From the NCBI GenBank assembly GCA_964658305.1, contig OZ210885.1:2852001-2916000 (forward strand): a stretch of 64,000 nt of DNA, in the 5' to 3' direction. The notes under the pieces were generated by a model. The model made no database searches, was not told where the DNA came from, and worked only from the letters and a program-made list of their open reading frames with translations. Both the position numbers and the translations under genes were made by a program. This document shows, one piece after another, positions 39,625 through 53,400 of the stretch; position 1 is the first letter of the stretch, and each line of letters begins with the position of its first letter. This stretch comes from Leptogorgia sarmentosa (lineage: Eukaryota).

Positions 39625-39985
39625 ATGAGCCTGCGATCTTCGGGGAAGAATCGAAGGCTCTGGGATAATCCATGTGGCGAGGGCAGATTTCTGTACGTCG
39701 ACCCAAATCCACATGCGTTAAATTTCATTGAACATTAATTAGTGAATAATAAACTCTTTCCAAATGGTTTTGTATAGGTTTTGAAGCTTTTGTCGACTGT
39801 ATATTGTATTGTATTTAATTGCAACAGTGTCAAAACTTCTTATCACACTCCTATTTCGGCCACCATTGTTGTTTATTATTGCGAAATAACGTCTCAACAG
39901 CCAATCAGAGTCGCGCAAATTCATGTATTATCCCAGAGCCTTCGACTCTTCCAAACGAAGATCGCAGGCTCAGGGTACGAGATTG
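39625..39985. mobile_element. MITE with inverted ends, upstream of the glycosyltransferase coding exon
   Basis: GAGCCTGCGATCTTCG..GAAGAATCGAAGGCTCTGGGATAAT is inverted relative to ATTATCCCAGAGCCTTCGACTCTTC..CGAAGATCGCAGGCTC. Confidence 0.75.
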
Positions 39986-40150
39986 AGTTAGATTATAACC
40001 TGGTTACGCTTCATTGCGACGTTCTAAAATTTAGAACGCACGCTTCATGCGTTTTAGAACACGCAAAACGGGTGAGAGCAGGCGTATGCTTAGTCGTATT
40101 TTTCGTTCTAACATACATATGTTTATCTCTAAATGACAGGTATAAAGAAT

Positions 40151-43100
40151 ATGAGAGTCTTCCCAAAATCAAGATACGTAAAATTTTTCACATTTCTTTT
40201 GCTACTGGCTTTCATTTTACTTCTGCTACAATATCTGCAAGTAAAGATGGCAACGTTGGAAAAATACCATTTCCCAAGAGACATGGATTCGAATCAACTT
40301 TTTCCCGCTTGCCAACAAATTATTAAAGGTGATAAATTGGCTATTAAAAAGGCAAATGAAACAATGATGTTCACGGAAAAGCATTTTATTTCCCCTCTGG
40401 ATTATATAAAACTTTGTAGCAACTGTACAAATTTTACAAGCAAAAGAGGATATATATTAACAGCGTTAAGTAAGAAGGAAGAAGAGTTTCCCATTGCATT
40501 TAGCATAACCATTTATAAAGATATCGAACAATTCGAAAGATTACTAAAGGCAATTTACAGACCGCAGAACTATTATTGTGTACACGTTGATAAAAAGTCA
40601 CCTCTAATTTTCCACCGTGCAGTTAAACAAATTTCAAGTTGCTTTCCAAATGTGTTTGTGGCTTTTAAAAATATTTATGTGGCGTGGGGACAATTCTCAG
40701 TACTTGAAAGCAATCTAATTTGTATGGAGGATCTTCTGACCAATGCAAAGTCATGGAAATATATCATTAATCTAAGTGGCCAAGAATATCCTTTGAGAAC
40801 CAACAATGAATTAGTGGAAATTTTACAGAAATTGAAAGGAAAAAGTATTGTCCATGGAATGCCGGTAACTGAAGAGCGGTATGTAATTGAAAAACTAATT
40901 ATATACTATCAGTTCTTAAAATAAACATTATTATTATATTATGGCTTTTGAAAATTTTCTATTCTGATTGGTTGACACGCGGTCCGTAAAAACCCATATC
41001 GGGACCGTGGGCCGTATTTTCCGTATCTGGACCCGTGTCCCGGATGTCGTTTATCTTGTTACCCAGTGAAACTGATGATAGCCGATTTAATTCGCGCGAA
41101 AAGCATATGCTCAAATACTCAATTCAGCCATATAATAAACAGTTTATTCACCTCGCTTGTTCGGTCTGTACTGTTAAATATCAGACCTCAGTTTTTTGCA
41201 TTGACCTCGCTCCATCGTCGCTCGGTCCATACTAAAAACCTCGGTCTGACATTTCACAGTACAGACCTCACGCTCGGTCAATAACCCTTTATTATTGCAC
41301 CTGACAAGGCCTATTTCCCAAAAACCTCATTGCTACTTATCAAAATTTGAGCTCGGCCTATCTGATTACGATAACGTTGAATTTGACCAAAGTAATGAAA
41401 GTATAGCTCTAATAGACTAAGTTTTCTGGTCCGCTGTTGTAATCAAACGTACTAGCTAGGAACTCATCTCATCAAAAACGAATGCTCTGATGATGTTATC
41501 TGGGACGAAACAGGTTGTACTGGGAAGCGAAAAACTTTTCATAAGAACTATACAATGAAACACGCAATTTTATTGATCAATGACCGTGCTGAACCAAGCA
41601 GCAATCCAACAGGGAAATTTTTTAATGCTTGCTCACGAGTCACTCGAGTCGCAGGATTTTTGAAATGTCGGCAATAAAAATAGAATACGAAAGGTTGACA
41701 CTGTAGCACAAATGCTAACAAAACGAGCAAAAAAAACTTAAAAATTATAAGTGAGACGATAAATGAGACGAGTGGAATTCACGTAAAATTGTGCTGCTGT
41801 TGTACGTAAATTAAGGTGCCGAAATGACAGAGCTCGACCAGGAATATTCGAACTTACTTACAAGTTCGAAATTGCGGCTACTACCCCACACGGAAAGGTA
41901 CCACGAAGTAGTGATCATTATTGGTAGTTGCTATGAACTATGTTTTTCGATTGTTTGTGAGAGATTAGGGTTACTGGAGAAAATGGAAGATGTTGCAGGA
42001 TCATTCTCTAAGTAAAAACATTCCTGAAATTTGCCCCCACATCCTTGCAAGGTATGAAACACCCCCCTGCCCATTTTTTGTCGGAGTACGGTGTAATATG
42101 GTAGTAAGAATATAGGCAATAACGTATAACTTATACGAGCCCTGATACTAGGTTTATGACGTCTATACTGTGCCTTTTTTTCCCTAACTATGCGTCTGTT
42201 AAAAATCCTTTTTTGTTAAAAATATTATGTAGCTTGCATTGTGCTTACATGGGAAACGTTTGTCTATAAAGTATAGCAAATTACGTGAGATTTTGTTTCG
42301 ACACTCTTTCATAGATTCCAGAATAGATCATACACGTGTTACTGTTTTATTTGTAACGATTTTTTGTCTTTTCCCAAACTATAGTGACAGGCAGCGTTAT
42401 TTATACATCCACCATGGAACTAACAGCACAGGGGAACTAAAACAGCCATTCCGACACAATTTTACCATCTACAAAGGATCAACATATGTAGTTTTATCAC
42501 GAGCCTTCGTCAACTTCTTATTCAATGACCAACTGGCAAAGGATTTTCTGAATTGGCTAAAAGACACCAAGATCGCTGATGAGGTTTATTATTCAACATT
42601 ATATCAGAATACGGAATTCGATAAAGGTAAATATGCACAGGGGATATTTAACGGTGGCACTGAAATGTGGCTTTTATATTACCGAGTGGTTAAACAATCC
42701 ATATTTAACTAGAAAGTAGAAATACATATATGCAGCAACCCCTCGCTTAACTAACCAATTCATGCAACTATATTTTTGGAACATGAAGTACCGTGAAGCT
42801 GCCTGAGGTTGTTGTGTGTTGTCACGGCAAAACGGTCGGGATTGAATTCATATTCCAATGGCAACAATAGACTGCGCTATGCTTTGAACTCTAAATCATC
42901 TTGAATGATAACTTGCCCGCCATCTTTGAAGACACACATGAATGTTCACCCACCAGCTCTGCATTTATCCCCATTTAGTATACACCCAACCATGGTCTAT
43001 TACAAATGCTACATTCTGATTGGCTACTCAGCCGTTGTCTATTCCGTGATAGACCAGGGTTCGCGAAAAAGCAAAGGATGGCTTTAAGCGACAACCGGCA

Positions 43101-43492
43101 TCCCTTTGGCGTTCATAGTTCATGGTTTGAGGTTTTGGATGGACAACCTTTTTTGAATCAGCTGTATATTTGTAAAAACAATGAATAAAAGTTTCCATTG
43201 TCATTATTATATTAATTCTATATTCTGAATATTCTTAGAACTCGGGCATAACTCCTATGTACCACCAAATCCACGATACGTGAACTGGATGGGTGAAAAT
43301 GTTACATGTCATGGTAAAAACGTTCGATGGGTTTGCATCAATGGTATTGGCGATTTACAGAGAATCACCAAATATCCTGCATTATTTGTAAACAAGTTTC
43401 ATTTAGATTATCAATATTTAGCTTTAGATTGTTTGGAAGAATGGTTTTCCAACAGAACTTTATCTTACTACATCCGACAATCGAAGAGGTGA
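40151..43492 (+). CDS. GCNT-like: Core-2/I-branching beta-1,6-N-acetylglucosaminyltransferase (GT14), 3 coding exons, ~407 aa
   Basis: Exons 40151-40878, 42385(or 42391)-42626, 43239-43492. Type II TM anchor, EEEFPIAFSI, RLLKAIYRPQNYYCVHVDKKS, WKYIINLSGQEYPLRTN, YKGS, ADE, RWVCI.G.GDL, NKFH..ALDCLEE. The ATG at 40133 overlaps a probable acceptor (AATGACAG), so 40151 is preferred. Confidence 0.93.
40925..41295. repeat. Palindromic dispersed repeat in GCNT intron 1
   Basis: GGTCTGTACTG..ATATCAGACC / GGTCTGACAT..CAGTACAGACC arms; CTGATTGGTT start as in similar repeats in this window. Confidence 0.6.
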
Positions 43493-46400
43493 TATAAACT
43501 TGCGGTAGTAGGATTCATAACTAACGAGTGGCTACAAAATTGAAGTCCAAATTTTTTATTAAGGGACCGTTCATTTAATATGTCGGAGGGGGGACCGGTA
43601 AACCTTTAATAATCTTGAACAAAATCATATAGCCCCCCTAAATATCAGACGAAAATCTTCTGCCTCCCCCCCCCCCCCCCCAAGGGAGAGCGGAATTGTA
43701 GAACCTCCCACTTCAGTTTTAACGCAAATTTGGAATGTGGGAGTACAAAAGGGTAATCGAAATTTAACTGGCTATTCTTGCTGTTTGAATATTACGATTT
43801 AAATTGTAGAGAGCAAGGCCGATGAATCTCTTTGATTTCGCCGAAACGTAGAAATGACCAAGTAAATAGTTGGTCGTTTCTACTGGGAATTGTTGCCTTC
43901 ACCGCATTTGCAAATTGGCACCAGGTTGCCAATGTAATGCAAATCTGATTTTTCATCCTGTGTTATGTCACTGTAATCTACTTTTGAGATTCTGGGTAAG
44001 GGCTATTTCAGATCCGTCAGAGCACCTTGTTTCCAGTCCTTATTATCTATGTTTTTGTATTAATATAAAAGTGTTTGGCTGTTTGCTTCCGTTGATTCTG
44101 ATGAGCCTGCTGTTGGCGCGTTTGGCAAAGGCGCTGTGTGCGAAAAACCTAAGCGAGGTCTGGCAGGGTTTTGTTTCCGTTAAAAGACCACTTACTTTCC
44201 TAAAAACTTCCGAAGACATTCTTTGATTTTTTTTCCTTACTCTCTCAAATTGTTTTTAGTGGTTAGGGCTAGAATGCTACGGTTAGGGTTAGATTTATGG
44301 TTTGGGACTTGTTTGTTTTGTGAAAATTACGTGCCAAAGGAAGTGGGTGCTTCAGTGGATCTGAATTAGCCTCTACCGAGATTCTGTTGGAATTAATAAA
44401 ATCCTTTTTGTAAGTTTGTAGGCTGTACCAGAAATTTATATGACCACCACCCGCCCCCCCCCCCCCCTTCTTCAGCACTTAAAATTCTTATTGCCTTAGT
44501 AACCTACTGGCGATTTACCAGACTCGTTATGTGCGGATGGTATGGACCTTGACGAATTCTTTTCTTTTTTTTGAAAATGGTCGGTAAATGAATTGCGGTC
44601 GGTTTTCAAGCCAAAGCGGTCGGTAAATTTTCAATTTATGTCATTAAATCACAGAGAGAGCACAAAAGTAAAATATGTAAAAGTATATGCCTGTTGTCTA
44701 TGTCCGTGTGCGATTAGTTCGCAAGCTGTGGTTGTACAACATCTAAGACCTCTATACTTTATTCTGAGTGTTAAGGCTTTGGTTAACACTCTGAAATGGC
44801 CGTTTCCGGCGATCTAGAGGCTCTAAATTCTCAACATTTTCTCGCTCGACGCCAACCATGGTGGCGTCTCGTGAGCCTCGCCCTCCCCATCGAATAATAC
44901 GGCCCTGTCGTGCCCAAACCTATTTACGTTATTTAGGTCGGTAAAATATTTTGCTTTACACCCCCCCTATAGGAATGGCTTCGCTACGCCACTGCTTTTC
45001 GGGTTTTTTCACCCAAAAAAATTGTTTTTTGCTCCTTCCTTGACTATTCTTGCTTTTTAACACTTTTACAATGTTGGGATGTTGAAAAAAAACGGAGAAA
45101 AAAAAACAAATTTTGCCTCGGGAACAAGTTGAAGTTGTCCAAACCATGATCCAAGATGAAGTATATTTTGACAATTTTTTCACATCGATTCCCTTGATGG
45201 AGTTCCCTATGGGAAATGGTGTCAATGCACCAATGTTGAATTCGTTGGTAAGGCGCTGAGCTGCTCAGTGGAAAAGATGTGCGCACTATATCATCCCCCG
45301 TCTCCCCCGTCATATAATAGCTCAGTGAAACAATGGAACTCCCAGCAACACCAAGTGGAAGCATCACTCGAGCGGGAGTACGAAATATTCCGTTCTAAAG
45401 TTTACTTCGGCCACTCGTATTTTTTAAAAGTTTTTTATTTTTCTCATGTCATGATTGTTTAATTTGAAGATTTAGTAACGTAGCTTTGGTATATACTGAG
45501 TGAATAGTAGATGCATTTGACTTTCCCAGATCGTTCAGACAGGTTTACTCGAGAAGAGCTGAGGTGAGTTTTACTACATTGACCTTTGTTTACAAAACAC
45601 ACTTGGCAAACAAATTCGGATATACAAACGAAAAATGTGCGAGCTTTATTGTGATTCAACGATTTGTCACAACAAAAAGGCTTAAATTATGAGGCCTTTT
45701 GGATGCTAAAAAACACTACAGGATTTGATACAAATTTAAATGTGAGATAAATATGATATTTACTACAGTTACTATAGCATCTAGTAAATTAGAAACTATT
45801 GTGTTATTACCGTCTGTTAGTTATTACATTTTAATATCAAAATACCGTTACTCCAAGCTGGAGAAACAACATCGGACTTAGTTTTCAGGAATTCTAAAGC
45901 CGATGATTTCTTATTTGGTCGTTATGGACAGGCTTTGGTTCAACTTGAGTGAATCTTCAAACAGAAAAAGGCCAGCTGTAAATTTCCCCTAGACATGCAC
46001 TACTGTTTATGGGACATACTGGTTGATTGCTCTAACAGCCAAGATTGTGATTTCAATACAATCTGCCTCTAGCCTAACAGCCGTGCTTTGCTGGGAAGCC
46101 TAGCTTGCTTTAATGGAAAGGAAATGGTATTGTAAGCCTTGGAGGTGCTGGACTTGTGCCATACAGATAACCCACATTTGTGCTATTGTATCTGATTATG
46201 TAGTTCTAGTATTCCTGACTCATAATATTCTAACTTTATTATGAATTAGATTGACATACCAATTTGGCAGTCAAATAGACTTATAAGAAAATACACTGTG
46301 TGAGAATTGGAACATGGTTACAATTTACATACATACGTGTATGGGGGATTTAAAGCTAGTACTGCTGTAAGTTGGGCCCTAAACTCTTACTTTCCAGGCA

Positions 46401-47467
46401 TAAGCTCAGTGTTAACATTCACCCTTAGGAGAATCAGTTTTCGTGTGCAAGATACTGGAGAACAATTAACTTCAACATTCCCATCCTACATGCTTGACCT
46501 TGGTATTGACTATATTGCCAATTAGGTAGAGGGAGGGGGGGGGAGTAGAAGGACAGAAAATATCTGAAACTTGAAACGCAAATGCTATTTCCTGCGTTCT
46601 GATATTGGAGTAGAATCTGAACCTCAATTTAAATTTGCTGATTAAAGAACAATTTTTGCCTGCAGGGCGATGATTGGGGGATCCTGCACCTCCCAGTCCA
46701 CCTGATCGCACCCCCTGTAAAATCTGACCGTGTAAATTCTGACCCTGTAAAATCTGACGAACTATTTTATTGGGCGATTTCAATCATTATTTAAAACAAC
46801 AACTAATACTCATACCTAACAAAATATGCAAAGTATATTTACATAATCATGGTGACCACGCGTCTTTACATTTTTGGCGCACACAGACACTAACGCAAAT
46901 TATTATTATATGTTTAATATATAATGTAAAATGGACTGGGATACTTTGAGCACATCTGTCTAGCTGAACTTTTGTAAATTGCATCTTTGAAAATTCATAT
47001 ACCCACACGCTTTTCCTGATGTCAACATTATTAAGAGATAATACATCTGACAATATCTTCGCAGTAATCGCAAGAGCTTCAATCAACAACCATCATCTTT
47101 GGCATGAATTGGCAAAAATCCGTTTGATCCGAACGAGCACATTTTGGATCACTCGACATGGCGAATATGTATTAATTTATCAACATTACAGTATAAGCAA
47201 CATTTAATTGGTTAGTTACGATCACGTGATATAAAATAGAAATTCCATTTTCATGATCGTGCAATGTAAGTATGTAACCGTGCAAATATTTCTTTCCATT
47301 GCATTTGCACGGTGGTTTTAATTATTTTCAATCACTCAAGGCGCGACCATGTGAGCGATATTTTATTTAGTAAACATTCACCCCTAGGATGTTTCACCTC
47401 ATGAAAATATTCTTACCATTGCACTCATAAACATTCATTATTTGTAATAGTATTACATGATTTTGTC

Positions 47468-50400
47468 ATGAGCCCCACAGTGCCACTCGAAGCCTTGCGA
47501 ACGACAAATTCACGAAGTTCAACGATATTATTTACCAGGCATGTCAATATTGCGCAACGTGTGAATATACTTAAAAAGAATAAGAAAAATAACAAAAAGC
47601 TGCATAATGATCATAGTCTTGTACCATTTAAAGGTTTATTTATTGCATTGATAAACTTAATATTCAGTAGCCTGAATTTTGGGCACCTCAATTTATTTAT
47701 TCAAGATATTTAAAAACGGTGGTCCTTCAAACTAACGGATATAAACTAGTTAAACTATTACACACTATATACTAATTATAACTATTACTGTTATGCAGAC
47801 TAACAAATATAGATTGATCAAACTGTTACACACTATTAACAACCACTATTAGCTATAGTTAAAAGTCTATTATAATAATGTGGACTGGTAGATTTAAATT
47901 TACTGCCAGGGGGTCTTGTTGTTTCTTAGCTAAACTTACTAAGCTGTTCCATGAAGATTCCGAGCAACTAATACTCTTTCATGAAACTTGTTATTCATTT
48001 GGCTTTCCAAGGGAGAATTTATATTGTTACCACGCAATTGATGCACTTGATTTTCATTGATTTCAAACATTTCTATTACTGATCGTGGCATGTTGTTATT
48101 TTTTATTTTTAACAAGTGACCATTCAAAATTTATGTAGTAGGTCTTCCCATTGAAAATTAAATGCGAAATATTAAAGTCATACATACTTGTTTATTATAG
48201 GTGTGTGGCAGCTGCCTTGGGGGTAAGCTATTAGTTTCAATTTTCCTTAAAATATGAATGTACAGTACAGTAGCTATTAAGATATTATGGCACATAAAAT
48301 GACAAACCTTGTCTAAAATTGAATTATCGCATACCTGATATAATTACTCATGACGTTTTATCCCAAATGCTTGTCTCAAGCACAAAATATTTTAGGTCTC
48401 TTAATGTGGGTTTTGATCGTACAATTGATCTGCTAATATAGTCCCATCAGAGCTACATTAATAATGGCGTACGTAGCTCACAACCACCAACAACTAATCT
48501 TCATAAGAAACATAAAAAAGAGTTTAATACCACACTAGAAAATGTGTTATAATTGCGAATTAACATCGCCAGCGAATTAACACGGCATCAGCCTGACTTT
48601 CTTGGACGAACTGTGAGTGCTATCCTATAGGGGGAGCTGAGTTAAAGCTATCTTGATGTTCCAGGAATTTAAAATGTTTCATGTGACTTTCAAAACAAAA
48701 ATAGACATCCCAGGCCATTGCGTCAGTGTTGTGTTTTTTCTTTATTCACTCTGTACGTACATATATGTTTGTTCTTTCATTTGTAGTTTTACAACGATAT
48801 TTTCAGAAGGCACATACCTGAGGCAAATACCAGGCGTTCTTATGTCGAAACCAAGGTATTGTGCTACTTTACTTAGTTTGCTAAGAACCATGATACTAGT
48901 TTTCAAAAATGCACTGGATATTCCCCCCCCCCCCCCCCCCGCCCTATTATCGATTTCCCTATGCTGCCGGAACCGCAGGAGGCTCTGGCTAGATTATTTG
49001 CCACCAATTCTGCACCCAATCGGGTCCAGTATGGTTGGGTGTATATCAACGACTATCAAACTATTGCCAACAATCATTAATTCATTCTTTCCTTTAGGTG
49101 TTGATGAATTTGATAGAAAGAAAAGTGTTTAATCACGATCTGCATGAAACATACAACATGCACGATGGTGTTTATAACGTGAAAGTGTTGGAAAAGTCGC
49201 TTATTGCTCTCTCAAAAAGACTCGTTACGTACGTATTAATTTCAGTACTGTATACACAACTACATTGTCGTCAAATTAACGTTACTACACGTGCAATGTG
49301 CAGCAAAACCTTGCTTAATATCCTGGGGCTGGTTGTTCAAAAGTCGGATAACTTTACCCACTGGATAGAGAAGTTTTCAAACATTGTAAAAATAGACAAA
49401 AAGTTTGCAGATTTGGACCTGGCAATTACTATAAAGAAAGTTTAACTTTAAAATATCAAAGTTTAATCTAAATCGGATCAATCAACAGGCGCTATCCAGC
49501 TTTCAAACAACCAGCCCCTGCTATTCTGTAGGCTCTATGTACCATGGAAAGTGAAAAATTGTTTGATCTGGTGTAAGCCGAAATTGCATGCTGTAGTTTA
49601 GACACATCTAGAGTAAGGACAATAGAACAAGTGATGTTTCGAAATTTTGCTCAAATTGGACAAGCTGCTGTATTTGCTTATTTTTTGGCATGACGATGTA
49701 AATCTACCAAACATTGGGTAAACATTAATTCCATTCTGTGAGCGATTTATTTGCCAAAACTTGGAACTTCATTCGTATTTTCTGGAGCAATTTCGTTTAT
49801 TAAATTTTGTTTTCTGCCATTTGTTTGTTTTGCATAAAACTGAAGTTCTGTAAATTAAATAATTATAGTCCTTAACCAATCAGTATCCAGTAGTTCCATT
49901 GATAAGGCTAATGATAAGACAATTTAACTGTAAGTAATTGCACATTGACAGTATATGAACAATGGGAAAAGCATGCAGGAATGAGTTTTCTGAAACGTTT
50001 TCTTTGCATGTTTACGTAGATTTTCTGAACTAAAGACTATTCGAATAGCGTTTGAGGTTTACGAATGTCAAGATTTATCTGGTATGGAAATTTGTTCCCA
50101 CGTCATCCTGCGAACTTTGAAGGTAAACAATGCAGATAAATATGCTACTTTTCAAACCTTTAGGTGTAGCCATACATTACAGCTTCAAATAACTCCCATT
50201 TTATTACCGTATGACTACAGACTACAATTATACCGTTTATTTTCCTTAAATTCGCCATATTTTCTTAAGTCTGCGTGGATTAACTTGATATACTGTACCT
50301 GCACGTAATATCGCGAGTTATGTTAGTTGACAATTAGGGATGGTACAGGATAATCGAATATCATTTTTTCGACTTCAGATGTGTGATCGTGTTGTTTCGC

Positions 50401-53400
50401 CAAGAAAGCTCATGGACTTTGTAAGTTAAACTTCATTGGGCAATTTCGTCTACGAAATACTTTTATTTCGTAATCTAATCAATCTGCCTAACGCTGCATG
50501 ATGTGAGCATTGTAATTTGCACGAACAATAAAGTTTCCTGCCGAATACACACGTTCATATGCGTACTCAGCGGAGAGGGGGGTGGGGGACAGCTGTTTGT
50601 TGCAGCTCCAACTCTGCCGCTCAGCACCAAACAGTGGCGCCTCGCGTCACTGAGGCCTTCTGTTTTATAGATAAAACACATGCCTCGTGATATTCCGGAT
50701 CGCTTGACACTTTACGAATTTATGGAACTACTACCATTGTAAGTTAATATTGCATTGTATTACAGTTTCTCTCAATATCAATTTTGACATTGAAACAATA
50801 GATTGTGGTATATATGGAATGTAGGGATCAGTACAGTAGCTATCAAATATGCATGTAATCTCAGGGCTACAGGTTTCATTTTCGGCCAGAAAATCTAGTA
50901 CCACAACCCTTTCGGGTCAGTTTACCCGTACATGTATGGGATCTTCACTTGAATTTTGGATTTTTCACAACATTCAAGATTTCAAACCAAAACCATTTTA
51001 GAAGACTAAATGTCAGCTTGCCATCTAAAATACGTAGATATGAAAATCACGTGTGTTAACTACGACCTCAATGTACTAACAGGTGTGAAAGAATATCTGA
51101 TGTCAAAGCTAAACTGCAAAAACAAGCTGAAGCAGTAAAACGACGTAGACGCTCAAACGTTTCTGAGGTAAATTACAGTACTGTATGCTCATTTTGAAAC
51201 GCCAAATGTGATTGCGCTGTTAATTTACATAAATGCATACAATTTACATAATTATATATACCTCGGCCTCCGATAGCTCCGCTATGCGGGCACATGTGAA
51301 GTTTCCTCTAGTGTGTAATATCCTGGTGGTGTCTTCTGATGTAAATTAACACCAATTTAGTGTTAAAATAGAATACTGCTTTACACCAAACAAGTGTTAG
51401 GGTAACACAACACCTCGAAAATTCCAGGAATGAACAATGAGGAAAAAACACAACACCCAGAATTGTGGGTGTCACCTATTTGGTGTTAGCTGAACACTTT
51501 AGAATTTAAAAGCGCTACATAGCCTTACATGCAAGCACAAGAAAATTAGGGTGATTTTGGTTGGCCTAAGGTCTCAATGTCATTTCTACCAAAATATTTT
51601 GTCTTCATTATTAGTTACTTTGTCTTTTTGAACCCTACGTGTAGCTGGCAGATTTTCACGAAATCTTAGTGCAAGAGGAGAAAAAGCAAACTGACTTTCT
51701 GGATGATGATTACGAGGTATATATGAACATGCACTTTTCATTTCACTTTTTTTTATTGTATTTACTACAGTACTATTTTTACAATTTACATCATAAGGGC
51801 ATAAAAAACACACATTCAATCGCACTCCGTTTTCACGGGTCCGCACGAGTTTGACAAACTCATACAATTGATTAAATCTCATGCATTTGATTAGCAATGA
51901 ATTAGATAGAACACATGGCAATGGAGCTCTAATTTTTCAAATGTTTTTCCTACAGCAAAGTGTTTTGCGACCTTCCTTTGAAGATAAACCAACATGGAGA
52001 GTACCACCTGAGGAAATTATAAACAATGAAGAATGGATGAAACATGTAAGGACTGTTTTACCGACAATCATTACACGGAAAAACTATACAAACATCGATA
52101 TGTATAGGCGTTCATACTTCGTTTCAATCAAAGAGGAACTAACATTCCCACCATTTTTGAAATCTGAATATCAGCGTAATGACAGTTCATCTTGGTTGAA
52201 ATTCGATATCACTATTTCCTCGGGGAGAACCTTTGTTAGAATTTGACTCTTGTGCTCAAGTAGTGCATGAGTGGGGAGCTTTTGCTGCATTTTATCTGCT
52301 CCCTACTCTGTTGTTATATATGACAGTTCATCTTAGCTGAAATTCAAATTCAGTCATTCCTGACCGAGGACGGACCTCTGTTAAATCTTGACTCTTGTAC
52401 GTTGTTCAAGTAGTGAGTGGAGCCTTTGCTGCATTTTATCTGCTCCCTTCTCTGATAAAGTTTAAATTCCACTGTGATATGGTGGACCGTAAAATGAGTT
52501 AAACTCATTCAAACTTTTTTGGGGGGCAATGTATGTAATGTGACTGGATTGTATAATCTTTATGTGATGACATTGTCTTGTCTGATGGTTGCTAACTATC
52601 ACATTTTTTATTTCAAGGTTTTGACTTATCGTCAGGTAGCTGGTGGTGTAGATGCCACTATAGGACAAACAAATAGACAGGTAAATATGAAGGAAATTTT
52701 CAACGTGATAAGAGGCGCTAAACCTTGATTATATCGGGTCATGCATAATCATCAATATAATGCATAAACTCTGGATCGTTATTTATTGCAACTGTGGACG
52801 GTGTGAAAGTTAATCGAGACCCAGGAATTTACGATAAACACATTACATTATTACGGGAAGCACTGAGTATTTCAATAAAATACAGTACAAGGAAACTGCG
52901 AAAATCGACAACATATAATTGATTTCATATGAATGTTTACGGTGTTATGATGTACTCAGGTGCAGAATGTTATTGTCATGTTACTGTGAGTATAATTATA
53001 TGCACACCGAGCAGGCTTAAAAATTAGCCTGGCCTCGGTGGGAATCGAACCCGCGACCTTTGGTTTACTAGGGCAATGCTCTACCAACTGAGCTACGAGG
53101 TCAAGTCGGTTCGAATGTATGATATTTCGGAACTCACTAGTTCCTTCGATATCTGTAAGTTTCTGATATCTTATGAATCTTATGAATGATGTTATGATGT
53201 ACTCAGGTGCAGAATGTTATTGTGATGTTACTCTGAGTATATATCCACACCGGGCAGGCTGAAAAATTAGATTTCATTATTTCGTTCCCGACGATGACTA
53301 AACAATAGTCGAAACGTTAAAATGAATCCTAAATAAATTATGTTGTCCATTTTCGGAGTTTCCCTTGTACTATACAAGCAATGCACATGCAATTACATCA

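Noticed and set aside
39781..40326. 181-aa ORF overlapping the GCNT start
   Set aside because: Runs through a MITE and out of frame across the real CDS; no motifs.
44268..44300. Interstitial telomere (TTAGGG-like)
   Set aside because: Only a few degenerate units, typical of internal motifs in dispersed repeats.
44956..45462. Overlapping short ORFs
   Set aside because: Lie in repeat-like sequence next to a hAT-type end (GCTACGCCACTG); no coherent exon chain.
53030..53102. Functional tRNA-Thr(AGT)
   Set aside because: Mismatches in the anticodon, acceptor and T stems, and it is embedded in a repeat unit.
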